A DNA stretch of 61,053 nucleotides from the IMG/VR virus record IMGVR_UViG_3300027793_000007. One strand, written 5' to 3'. A program made the translations under genes and the position numbers. Positions 16,273 to 24,540 of the stretch are shown one piece after another. The DNA is from a virus. Under the pieces are notes generated by a model, which made no database searches, was not told the origin of the DNA, and saw only the letters and a list, made by a program, of their open reading frames with translations. Position 1 is the stretch's first letter; each line of letters opens with the position of its first letter.

Positions 16273-16811
16273 AACAAAATGCTAGAAAACATCATACCCT
16301 TATCCACCAACGCCTCGGTAAGAATGCCCGTTATAACCTTAATAGAACCTTGCTTTCAGGGTAAAGCCATAACATGAAGCTGCCATAAGGAATGCAGTGT
16401 GCAGATTAAAATGGCGTCTACATAAGGGAGGGTATTAACACAGGATACTTAGGGAATAATCAATACCTAAGAAGTGGGTTCGTTCATGCTAAGCCTATCC
16501 GTTAGAACTTTAAAGTTGCAACTTTAAATCCCAATAGCCGATAGAGGTAGGACATGGCTATCCTGTGTAGATGATTTGTTGCTATATTGCACAATGCTGT
16601 GGGTATCCAAAGGCAGTGTAATAGAGATGGGGGAGTGCAAGTCGTCCCTGACTAGGAGCTAAGTGGGGTATCTAGCTAGCAATCAATCATCCATTCATTA
16701 CAGGGAAGTAATTAAAGTGGGAAGCAAAGGAATAGCTAATACTTTGCACTGACAACGGGTTAATAACCTAACTTAATAAGTGGTTTGCTTATATTCCCAC
16801 TGTCCATTCTA

Positions 16812-16870
16812 TGCTATAATCTATTCATTACTAATGACTCTTCGGAGTAGAGAGAACTGAATAGATTATG
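16812..16870 (+). promoter_or_regulatory. host-type extended -10 (TGcTATAAT) plus 9-bp inverted repeat and a UUCG hairpin before ATG 16868
   Basis: tgctataat at 16812-16820. atctattca (16819-16827) pairs with tgaatagat (16858-16866). Inner hairpin actc-ttcg-gagt. No phage motif copy here. Confidence 0.45.
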
Positions 16871-17791
16871 GCTACAACTAAGCCTAAGAAGAAAGCTGAG
16901 ACTAAACCTAAGCTTACCAACAGTGCTAGATTTTACCCTACTAAGTGGGGATTCAATGCGCCTAGCGTTACTACTATCCTAAGTGGAACTGAGTCTAGAG
17001 CAGCACAGACAAGGCTAGAGAACTGGTCTGAGAAGTGGCTAGCTGACCCAGAGAATAAGGGTAAGACAGAGCCAAAGGACAGAGGTTCATTAATAGATGA
17101 GCGCCTATCTAAGTACTTTGCCTTAGACCCAGAGTATCGCGTGCTTCCCACCACATGGGGATTACCAGAGGATGTAAAGCCATTCATGGATGCGATCCTT
17201 AAACCTATGAAGGCTACGGGTAAGTCTATCCTAGCTCAGATTACTGATGTGATGTGGAGTCAAGGGCTATTGGATTGTGTGGACATTCCTAGGAGTGAGC
17301 GTCAGTTCTACCAACCTGACATTAAGATTGCTAGGGAGCAAGAGTTCATTTCATCTAAGACTTATCGCTATGCTGGTGTCCCTGACTTTGTGGGGAATTA
17401 CACCAATGCTAAAGGTGAAACTAAACTATCCCTTATCTCTCTCAAGACTTCTGACAAGAACTATTCAAAGGTTAGCCCTGATTGGAAGGCGTTCAATGCT
17501 AGGCTAGCCGAGTGTCGTGCTCAAGGTATTGAGTTTGTACCACCCGAAGGATGGAGAGAGAACTATGGAGCTAACATGAAGTTCCGTAGAGCAGGGATGC
17601 AAGAGAGTGCTTATGACTTTGCTCTACAAGAGTCTTTAGGTATCTATGTTGAACAGTACATTGTTTTGGTAGTCACAACTAAAGGTATTCAAACTTTACC
17701 TATCGCTGGTATGGAGAAGGATTGGTTTAATCGGATGTGGCTAGAGAAGGTAGCTAAGTTCTATGAGATGTATCCACAACTAGGAGTTTAA
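16868..17791 (+). CDS. hypothetical protein; possible PD-(D/E)XK-type exonuclease
   Basis: Track ORF. GVPDFVG...LSLISLKTS loosely fits the PD...(D/E)xK pattern. The functional call is weak. Confidence 0.55.
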   Translation: MATTKPKKKAETKPKLTNSARFYPTKWGFNAPSVTTILSGTESRAAQTRLENWSEKWLADPENKGKTEPKDRGSLIDERLSKYFALDPEYRVLPTTWGLPEDVKPFMDAILKPMKATGKSILAQITDVMWSQGLLDCVDIPRSERQFYQPDIKIAREQEFISSKTYRYAGVPDFVGNYTNAKGETKLSLISLKTSDKNYSKVSPDWKAFNARLAECRAQGIEFVPPEGWRENYGANMKFRRAGMQESAYDFALQESLGIYVEQYIVLVVTTKGIQTLPIAGMEKDWFNRMWLEKVAKFYEMYPQLGV

Positions 17792-17792
17792 G

Positions 17793-18002
17793 ATGAAGAA
17801 GAAATACATTCTAAGACCAGGGTATGTGACAAGCATTAATGATGGTCAACTTCATTGGATAACAGCAGAGAAGTTAATGGCTTTGTATGGAGTAAGTAAA
17901 GATGAATGCTATACAATGGACTCTATTAGAGGTGTTGATGTAACAGGGCTAATTAACCTGCGCGCAGACCCGCTAGGCAACTACTCTCTCGCTAAACCAT
18001 AA
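17793..18002 (+). CDS. hypothetical protein (69 aa)
   Basis: Track ORF, tightly packed. Confidence 0.55.
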   Translation: MKKKYILRPGYVTSINDGQLHWITAEKLMALYGVSKDECYTMDSIRGVDVTGLINLRADPLGNYSLAKP

Positions 18003-18271
18003 TGACTAAGGGTGATATCGTACTATTCAAACCAGCTAAGACTGCCACTAAGGGTAGTGATGGATTAGCACGCATGGTCAAACAGTACGATTCGCCTTGT
18101 GTTGTGTATCAAATCATAGGCTATTGGGCATACCTTTATAGACTAATGGATGGTGGTATTCATGTAGCACCGCGAAGCGAACACTGGGCTTGTATTGATA
18201 TAGATTTGTCTGTGTATGCAGATAAGTTAGATATGGTAAGTCATTTATTAGAGGTTGGAAGTAATGAGTAA
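18002..18271 (+). CDS. hypothetical protein (89 aa)
   Basis: Track ORF. Its last 32 codons are duplicated as a remnant at 18476-18571. Confidence 0.55.
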   Translation: MTKGDIVLFKPAKTATKGSDGLARMVKQYDSPCVVYQIIGYWAYLYRLMDGGIHVAPRSEHWACIDIDLSVYADKLDMVSHLLEVGSNE

Positions 18272-18467
18272 AAGAATGTCGATTAGCCTTGATAATCAAG
18301 CAGAGGCTATGCTTAAGAAAATGGCTGAAAATATGGGAATAACTCAGAATGAAGTTATAAATAAAGCTATTAAGGTAGAACACTTTGTACAAGAAGCTAT
18401 TGCAGGAGGCGCTACTGTAGTTGTTAAGTATAAAGATGGGCAGACAACACAGATACTATTTAGATGA
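18255..18467 (+). CDS. ribbon-helix-helix (CopG/Arc-like) protein
   Basis: MSKRMSISLDNQAEAMLKKMAENMGITQNEVINKAIKVE fits the strand-helix-helix RHH pattern. Confidence 0.6.
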   Translation: MEVMSKRMSISLDNQAEAMLKKMAENMGITQNEVINKAIKVEHFVQEAIAGGATVVVKYKDGQTTQILFR

Positions 18468-18475
18468 CTCGCTGA

Positions 18476-18571
18476 CGCGGTGAACATTGGTGTTGTGTTG
18501 ATGTAGACCTTGATATGTATGCAGATAAGTTGGACTTGATAGGACATTTACTTGAAGTAGGGATAGGATGA
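18476..18571 (+). pseudogene. remnant copy of the 3' end of gene 18002..18271
   Basis: Translates RGEHWCCVDVDLDMYADKLDLIGHLLEVGIG* versus RSEHWACIDIDLSVYADKLDMVSHLLEVGSNE*. A stop lies immediately upstream (18473-18475) and there is no start codon. Confidence 0.65.
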
Positions 18572-18795
18572 TGGCAACAATGAGTAGTGACAAAGGCTTG
18601 AAGTCTGAGAGCCAAAAGTATAGCTGGATGATAGAGGCTAGGATTGAGGATGGCTCTATACATTGCATAGACAAAGGTAATGCTCATTCCTTACATCAAG
18701 CTTGTTGGGCTAGTGAATTTGCTGCTAATAATGCTCAAAGGTTATACCCAGAGATTACAATAGTGCAGATAGCTATACAAATCAGTAACAACTAA
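18568..18795 (+). CDS. hypothetical protein (75 aa)
   Basis: Track ORF. Its start overlaps the remnant's stop, just as the RHH start overlaps the intact copy. Confidence 0.55.
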   Translation: MMATMSSDKGLKSESQKYSWMIEARIEDGSIHCIDKGNAHSLHQACWASEFAANNAQRLYPEITIVQIAIQISNN

Positions 18796-19178
18796 TGGGT
18801 CAAACCCGCACGCAATTCATCCCCGATGTAACAGTTCAGTCTGACATCAAAAGATACCCTAGGTATATAGGTGAAGTGTTACCCCATCCTTTAATCCAAA
18901 ACACATTACTAGAAGTACTAGAAGTGTGGGATGGTAGTGAGGAGATATGGGGTAACTTAAATGAACCTATACCTTTCCCTTACGGTTCTGAGTCTAATCC
19001 TGCAACTAGGGACTGGAACAATCCGCCACCACGCAGAGATGAAAGTTCTAAGTACCCTATCTATAAGTGTCGTATCAATGGTGCTTATGACCAGTGGATT
19101 ATCTTTAAGTGGATATTACTTGATGAGAATATCCCTACTGACCTACTAGGTTATAGCACTGCTAGGACTGGGGGCTAG
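18795..19178 (+). CDS. hypothetical protein (127 aa)
   Basis: Track ORF with a TAATG junction. Confidence 0.55.
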   Translation: MGQTRTQFIPDVTVQSDIKRYPRYIGEVLPHPLIQNTLLEVLEVWDGSEEIWGNLNEPIPFPYGSESNPATRDWNNPPPRRDESSKYPIYKCRINGAYDQWIIFKWILLDENIPTDLLGYSTARTGG

Positions 19179-19665
19179 TCTGCAATCTAGGCTTAGATGC
19201 CTCAAACACTGAAGGAATCTTAATGCCTAGCTCAGCACGATAGAAGTACGCTTTCTTATAGTGGTAGTTCTGACGTTCAGCTAAGTAGTTGGCAATGTCA
19301 TTAGCACCACACTCTTCTGCTATAGGGAATACGCCCTTGATTAGTTCACCTAAGATATTGTGTCCACTGTAGGCTATGTGTAACATTTTCTCACCATCAT
19401 CTACCTTGGGTAGTTCCTTGATAGATGTGGATAGGGCTAGGTAGTCGCATAGTCTAGTTGGTGGTTCATAGTTGAGGGTTAGTATTTCTTCTGCGTAGGT
19501 ATCTACTGAAGCATTGACACTCTCATAGTCCTCGCCTAGGAATGGGTGTAGGTAGATGAAACCAGCACCAGTATACGTCCAGTGAAAGCCGTGTAGTTGT
19601 TGACTAAAGACAAAGGTGTTAGCTAGTAGGGTTGATAGTTGTTGAGCTAGGGGTAGTGCTGACAT
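19162..19665 (-). CDS. dps: Dps / ferritin-like DNA-protection protein
   Basis: LHGFHWTYTGAGFIYLHPFLGEDYESVNASVDTYAEEILTL matches the Dps signature HW..G..F..LH....Y......D..AE.I. Confidence 0.75.
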   Translation of the reverse strand: MSALPLAQQLSTLLANTFVFSQQLHGFHWTYTGAGFIYLHPFLGEDYESVNASVDTYAEEILTLNYEPPTRLCDYLALSTSIKELPKVDDGEKMLHIAYSGHNILGELIKGVFPIAEECGANDIANYLAERQNYHYKKAYFYRAELGIKIPSVFEASKPRLQTSPQS

Positions 19666-19697
19666 TGTGGCGGTAGTATTAGTTAAATGTATTATAG

Positions 19698-20516
19698 CTA
19701 GAAAGGAATGTCATCATAATCATCCATTGCTGAGGGTCTTGATGGGGCAGGGATGTTAGCTGTGAATGCAAATGGGCTAGGTTCTGGAGCAAAAGATTCA
19801 GGAGTTCTTTGCCTAGCTCTACTCATCCTTTCAGCCATCCTTTGCCTCATGCTTTCTTCTGCTTGTCTTGACCTCATGGTGAGGTAGTCAGGATAATTCA
19901 TCCCTAACCTTGCTGCTTCTAGTTTCTGCCCCTGCTTGACTTCTTCATCAATAATACGCAATTCTCTTTCTCTAGGAGTTTCGCTTGATGAAAATCTTCT
20001 CCCGTTTACCCAAGACTCTAAATCATACCTCCCAGTTATATTTTCTATTTGCCTAGGATTGATATTCCCTAAAGCTTTGTTCACTCCACTGGTTTGAAGT
20101 AATCCGTCTAATGCTTGGACATACGGCAAGTCTTCAGGCAGTATAATTCTTCTGTCAATTGCTTGCCCACCATTTGGCACATCTTTAAACCCAATTCTTC
20201 TATATAGTTTTGCTCTTGATTCTGAGGTTGGACTATTTGTATATATATTTGGGTACTGAGAAGTGTAGTTATTAAAATCTGACTGCAATTTCCTTAGGTC
20301 AGCCATTACTTGCGCATTAAGCCCTCCCCCACCTTTTAAGCTTCCTTGACTATCGGTAAACATCACAGAATTGTTTTCTACTCTTCCTGTAAATGAAGGG
20401 CTTTCATGCCATACGCCAAACCTAGGTTCGGGATAATACTTGCCAAACCTCTCTATAGCTTCATCTATACCTATAGGCGGCAAACCTTTAACCATTAATG
20501 CAATACGACTAGACAT
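19698..20516 (-). CDS. hypothetical protein carrying a bacterial SSB-like C-terminal tip (…AMDDYDDIPF)
   Basis: Track ORF. A Pro/Ser-rich linker is followed by DDYDDIPF (compare E. coli SSB …MDFDDDIPF). The N-terminal 200 aa are not recognisably OB-fold. Confidence 0.6.
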   Translation of the reverse strand: MSSRIALMVKGLPPIGIDEAIERFGKYYPEPRFGVWHESPSFTGRVENNSVMFTDSQGSLKGGGGLNAQVMADLRKLQSDFNNYTSQYPNIYTNSPTSESRAKLYRRIGFKDVPNGGQAIDRRIILPEDLPYVQALDGLLQTSGVNKALGNINPRQIENITGRYDLESWVNGRRFSSSETPRERELRIIDEEVKQGQKLEAARLGMNYPDYLTMRSRQAEESMRQRMAERMSRARQRTPESFAPEPSPFAFTANIPAPSRPSAMDDYDDIPF

Positions 20517-20517
20517 A

Positions 20518-20536
20518 CACTACGCTACGGGATAAC
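20518..20536 (+). promoter_or_regulatory. phage promoter-like motif, copy 19
   Basis: cactacgctacgggataac, 20 nt upstream of ATG 20557. Starts 2 nt from the divergent start codon at 20516. Confidence 0.55.
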
Positions 20537-20556
20537 AATAATAGGTTAAGTATACT

Positions 20557-20838
20557 ATGTCAGAACAAGTAGTTGAGTATGATGCACTTGAGGCTAGCTA
20601 TCGTAGAGACAACGCAGCACCTTTAGTAATGGACAAGCCTAAGTTTGGTATAGGTGACTTGCTCAAGGATAGTGATGGTGACTTAGTACAAGTCATTGGT
20701 ATGGAGTGGGATATTCTTGATAAGTATAGAGAACCCTACTGGAAGTACGTGATATGGGATATAGCGCTAGGTTGTGTACTAGATATAGATGACCTGTTAC
20801 TCAACTCCTATACCCTATCTAAAGACGCTACGCTATAG
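20557..20838 (+). CDS. hypothetical protein (93 aa)
   Basis: Track ORF. Its last codons (DATL*) are encoded by motif copy 20. Confidence 0.6.
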   Translation: MSEQVVEYDALEASYRRDNAAPLVMDKPKFGIGDLLKDSDGDLVQVIGMEWDILDKYREPYWKYVIWDIALGCVLDIDDLLLNSYTLSKDATL

Positions 20839-20844
20839 GGTAAC
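20824..20844 (+). promoter_or_regulatory. phage promoter-like motif, copy 20
   Basis: gacgctacgctatagggtaac, 19 nt upstream of ATG 20864. Confidence 0.6.
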
Positions 20845-20863
20845 AGTATACATAAGGATAACA

Positions 20864-21199
20864 ATGACCGATAGACAAGATTATTTAAACAAACTGATTG
20901 ACTACAAAACTTACTATGCCCGCATAGCTCATCACTATAACTATGAAGAACTAGAGAAGTTAGTCAGTGAGTGGCTAGGGACTAAGTTTAGTTCTGTCAC
21001 AAAGGAACTGAAGCAATCACTTAAGAATGATGCTCTGCTCAATAACATCAGTGGTTGGGTTGACCTAGTACCTCTAATTAACTCTAAGCAAATGAGTACC
21101 GCTTTCCGAAAAGCTGGTGGTGTTATGGCTAGGGGTGAAGTTGTGTGCGTGTTGAAGGAAGTGGCTCGTTCCATTGCAGAGCCTAAGACGCTACGCTGA
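20864..21199 (+). CDS. hypothetical protein (111 aa)
   Basis: Track ORF 20789 trimmed to the ATG after the motif (MTDRQDYLNK). Confidence 0.6.
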   Translation: MTDRQDYLNKLIDYKTYYARIAHHYNYEELEKLVSEWLGTKFSSVTKELKQSLKNDALLNNISGWVDLVPLINSKQMSTAFRKAGGVMARGEVVCVLKEVARSIAEPKTLR

Positions 21200-21206
21200 T
21201 AGATAA
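21187..21206 (+). promoter_or_regulatory. phage promoter-like motif, copy 21
   Basis: gacgctacgctgatagataa, only 4 nt upstream of ATG 21211 (would give a near-leaderless mRNA). Confidence 0.5.
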
Positions 21207-21210
21207 AACT

Positions 21211-21660
21211 ATGAGTAAGGCTATGGACAACATTAAATACCCTAGAGTATTTCTAGGGACTTCTATTGAAGGAAAACGCATATACTTAACACCGCCAAAC
21301 TGGTCTTGTAGCTGGTATTGGAGTTGGGGATGGATTGGTAACCATCATTGCCATTACCACTTAGACTCTCTATTCAGAGATACTAATATGCATGATGGTA
21401 TTAAAGCCCACTTTAAGACTTTTGCTATTACCAATGACAATGACTTATGGACATTCTGTGAGCTAGTAAGAACTTTCTACCATCTTAGAGACGCATCTGA
21501 TGTGCTAACTAGAGGTAGTAGTAACTACACCACTAACCCATGTCGAGAGCTAATCAAAGATGCTGACTATGCTAACCACATTAATACTGTGTTAATGCCA
21601 GCTATCTTTGCTGAGACATATAAACTATTTGAGAAGAAGAATAATGCCAAAGATATTTAA
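21211..21660 (+). CDS. hypothetical Trp-rich protein (149 aa)
   Basis: Track ORF; WSCSWYWSWGWIGNHHCHYH. Confidence 0.6.
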   Translation: MSKAMDNIKYPRVFLGTSIEGKRIYLTPPNWSCSWYWSWGWIGNHHCHYHLDSLFRDTNMHDGIKAHFKTFAITNDNDLWTFCELVRTFYHLRDASDVLTRGSSNYTTNPCRELIKDADYANHINTVLMPAIFAETYKLFEKKNNAKDI

Positions 21661-22375
21661 AGGATGTGATGTACTAGATGCATCAAAGCTAACTAATGAT
21701 GAGTTCCTACCACAAGTAGGACGCACATCTACTTACTATCCATTGCCTCATATTGGATTCTACATGAATGCTGCTACTGTCCTTACAGAGCTTGGCATTG
21801 GTATAGTATCTAACTCCTTTGGGCTTACTCCTAAGAGAGATAGAATGTTCATGTGGTTGGAGACTGATGCTAAGATCAACGATATGCCATTGTGTATCGG
21901 TGGACGCAACTCATACGATAAGTCTATGAGTGCTGGATTGTGTGTAGGAACTAAGATACTAGTCTGTTCTAATAAGGTGCTTGCGTCTTATGAGAATGGT
22001 GGTGTTGTGTCTAGGAAACATACCAGTGCTGAGAATATAGATGAGTTGAGTAGGGAGTTTTCTGAGTTAGTTAAAGTTCAACAACTACCTAATCGCAAAA
22101 CTCTATTTGAAGGGCTGTCTGTAGCTAAAGAGACTGGGCTTAGTGACAGGGCTGCAAAGGAGTTATTAGTAGACCTTGTTCTATCTAACGTCATTGCTCC
22201 CACAGACATCCCCCTTATCTGGAAAGAGTTCTATGAGCCTAGCTACTCAGAGTTTAAGTCTACTAGCAGAACATGGCGTATGTTGATGGCTTGCACAGAA
22301 GTATTTAAACTCCACAAAGGAGTTGATTACCAAATCAAGGCTTATGATGGTGTGGCTAGGGCGCTAGGACTCTAA
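21644..22375 (+). CDS. DUF932-like phage/plasmid protein
   Basis: GGRNSYDKSMSAGLCVGTKILVCSN resembles the conserved DUF932 core (NSHDKS...G..VFVCSN), recalled from memory. Confidence 0.55.
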   Translation: MPKIFKGCDVLDASKLTNDEFLPQVGRTSTYYPLPHIGFYMNAATVLTELGIGIVSNSFGLTPKRDRMFMWLETDAKINDMPLCIGGRNSYDKSMSAGLCVGTKILVCSNKVLASYENGGVVSRKHTSAENIDELSREFSELVKVQQLPNRKTLFEGLSVAKETGLSDRAAKELLVDLVLSNVIAPTDIPLIWKEFYEPSYSEFKSTSRTWRMLMACTEVFKLHKGVDYQIKAYDGVARALGL

Positions 22376-22390
22376 CCCGCAACTATCTAT

Positions 22391-22409
22391 CTCCTACGGG
22401 GATGGATAG
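22391..22409 (+). promoter_or_regulatory. phage promoter-like motif, copy 22 (UACG variant)
   Basis: ctcctacggggatggatag, 17 nt upstream of ATG 22427. Confidence 0.5.
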
Positions 22410-22426
22410 TATATAGAGGATTGAGA

Positions 22427-22741
22427 ATGGAATACGATGAGTACAAAAGATTGAAAGAAGACCTTGAAATGAAGTTAAGAGATTTAAGGACTTACTACAT
22501 TAACACCAATGGACTGCCTATAGGAACTCCTGTCATTCCTCTTCAAAGAAATGATGGTTATTCTTGCCAATTTACGGGTCAGTTATGTCATGTATTTGAC
22601 AGACAGATTGGCCGTGACGGGCGCATTGACCACACTATCATTAAAGCCAGAAAAGATGGCACTATGGCAAGAGGCGGAAGACAAGAAATTCTGTTTGACA
22701 AAAAAGACTTGCAAGTGGTTGAGGAAGCGAATGAACTTTAA
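22427..22741 (+). CDS. hypothetical protein (104 aa)
   Basis: Track ORF; ATG 6 nt after AGAGGA. Confidence 0.6.
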   Translation: MEYDEYKRLKEDLEMKLRDLRTYYINTNGLPIGTPVIPLQRNDGYSCQFTGQLCHVFDRQIGRDGRIDHTIIKARKDGTMARGGRQEILFDKKDLQVVEEANEL

Positions 22742-23063
22742 AGAATATCAAGAACAAGCATTTCGCACTGATGGCGGTAATCTAACTGCACACTTTCTAG
22801 GGTTAGGTGGTGAAGCTGGCGAAGTGATGGAACTGTACAAAAAACACATAGCACATGGACATCCGCTAGAACCCCATAAACTATACAAGGAACTAGGTGA
22901 TGTGCTTTGGTATATCAGTGCTATTGCTACTGGGCTTAACCTATCTCTAGAAGACATTGCCATTGCTAATATTGACAAGCTCAAAGCTAGATATCCCGAC
23001 AAGTTTAGTGCTGAGAGGAGTATTAATAGGGTTGAGGATGATGACATACTAGGAGAGGACTAG
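22731..23063 (+). CDS. mazG: MazG-family nucleoside triphosphate pyrophosphohydrolase
   Basis: EAGEVMELYKKH...ELGDVLWYISAIA...NIDKLKARYPDKF. Start moved to ATG 22731 after GAGGAAG. Confidence 0.85.
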   Translation: MNFKEYQEQAFRTDGGNLTAHFLGLGGEAGEVMELYKKHIAHGHPLEPHKLYKELGDVLWYISAIATGLNLSLEDIAIANIDKLKARYPDKFSAERSINRVEDDDILGED

Positions 23064-23323
23064 TGACTTGGAAAGACAAGGCTTTAGAAGTAATCATTCC
23101 AGTTCTTGCTCAACACAGGCAATTTTGCAGGGATGGACTAATGAATCGCTCTGAACTTAGAAGAGAGTTAAACAAAGTCTATCCCTTTGGTCAGCGCGTC
23201 AATCACCCTTATAAAGTATGGTGTGCTGTAGTTAATGAAGCAATAGAAGACGTGTTTGGAGTTGAGCAGACTGAGATAGAGGAATTGCCATTATTAAATC
23301 AATCAAATTACTCAATTCTTTGA
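23063..23323 (+). CDS. hypothetical protein (86 aa)
   Basis: Track ORF; GTG start overlapping the TAG stop. Confidence 0.5.
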   Translation: MTWKDKALEVIIPVLAQHRQFCRDGLMNRSELRRELNKVYPFGQRVNHPYKVWCAVVNEAIEDVFGVEQTEIEELPLLNQSNYSIL

Positions 23324-23362
23324 ACTAATGGATTTGTAGAACCTAATACAGAGTTCTAAATA

Positions 23363-23381
23363 ATGCTACGCAATTAGATAA
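23363..23381 (+). promoter_or_regulatory. phage promoter-like motif, copy 23 (variant)
   Basis: atgctacgcaattagataa, 21 nt upstream of ATG 23403. Confidence 0.5.
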
Positions 23382-23402
23382 CACATTATTTTAATTGCAC
23401 GC

Positions 23403-23642
23403 ATGAACTTAAGAACACAAGTAGCTCAACTGATTAGGGAGTTGAGGATAGAAGCTGGAATGACTCAATCTGATTTAGCTCGTAAGCTAGGATGCGGTCA
23501 TTCTAGAATTTCTTTAATAGAAGACGCAAAAAGAGGCATTGGCTTAGAAGATATTGAACAGATAGCGGAAGCATTAAACCTTGATATTCAAATTACTGTT
23601 ACTTGGAAAAAGGAACCAGTAGTGAGGAAGATTGATGTTTAA
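23403..23642 (+). CDS. XRE-family helix-turn-helix transcriptional regulator
   Basis: LRIEAGMTQSDLARKLGCGHSRISLIEDAKRGIGLEDIEQIAEAL is a textbook HTH_XRE pattern. Confidence 0.85.
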   Translation: MNLRTQVAQLIRELRIEAGMTQSDLARKLGCGHSRISLIEDAKRGIGLEDIEQIAEALNLDIQITVTWKKEPVVRKIDV

Positions 23643-24540
23643 TATGCTTGACCACATTGACTTACTTACTCATAGGTTAGTCAAAGAGTCTCCAAGTGAG
23701 TATCGTTATCTATGCCCTGTATGTGATAACGATACTTTAACAGTTAAGAAGCATACTAGCCCTACCTTTACTGCAGGAGCTTACCAATGTTGGGCTGGCT
23801 GTCAATGCCATGAGATACGAGAGGCTATGGGTGTTAGAACTTACAACTCTAACACCGTATCTCTTAATAAGTGGAAAGCATCTAAACCTAAAGAATACCC
23901 ACCTGTAATACCACCACAACATTTGAGCTTTATCCCAGTAGAGCCTAGAGCGCCTAGCTTTAGGTGGGATGGTCGCAAGAGAGTGATGAGATATAACTAT
24001 AGCCCCACTCAATACACAGAGCGCATAGAGTCTATGCAAGTATCGGATGATGGTGAGTTAGTTAGAGATAAGACTTTTAGGCAGTACTCCAATGGGCGAA
24101 TAGGCAAAGGTAATGAGCCTTGGGATATGTATTTATGGAACAAGATCCCTTTGGACGAGGGTAATCTAGTTGTAGTTCCAGAGGGTGAGAAGTCAGTACA
24201 AGCATGGTGGTTACATGGCATAGCAGCTACTTGCCCTCAAGGTTCATGTTGGACTTCCACAGACCTTAAGAGATATGCACAACAGTTCAAAGACAAAAGC
24301 CTCTATCCTTTACTTATTCCTGATACTGACCTTGCGGGTGAGCGTAAGAGAGATAAGTGGCTAGAGGCTTGTCGTGAAGTTGGTCTTTGGTCTATGGTAC
24401 TTGACCTTAGAGAGTTGGTCTATTGGCAGGAAGGATGGGATAGCTATGAGTTGTTGATGCTACACACTACCTATACTTTGGGCTTTGTCAAAGACTTGTG
24501 TAACATCCAAACCCAAAGCCCCAGACAAGCTAACTACTAA
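23635..24540 (+). CDS. zinc-finger / Toprim domain protein (DnaG-like primase relative)
   Basis: CPVCDN...CWAGCQCHE zinc-binding pattern, then Toprim VVVPEGEKSV...LIPDTDLAGER. Confidence 0.65.
   Translation: MFNMLDHIDLLTHRLVKESPSEYRYLCPVCDNDTLTVKKHTSPTFTAGAYQCWAGCQCHEIREAMGVRTYNSNTVSLNKWKASKPKEYPPVIPPQHLSFIPVEPRAPSFRWDGRKRVMRYNYSPTQYTERIESMQVSDDGELVRDKTFRQYSNGRIGKGNEPWDMYLWNKIPLDEGNLVVVPEGEKSVQAWWLHGIAATCPQGSCWTSTDLKRYAQQFKDKSLYPLLIPDTDLAGERKRDKWLEACREVGLWSMVLDLRELVYWQEGWDSYELLMLHTTYTLGFVKDLCNIQTQSPRQANY

Noticed and set aside
16308-16330. caacgcctcggtaagaatgcc as an extra R-element copy
   Set aside because: Only about 14 of 20 positions match the R consensus, and it lies far from the control region. 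Similarity is too weak to count.
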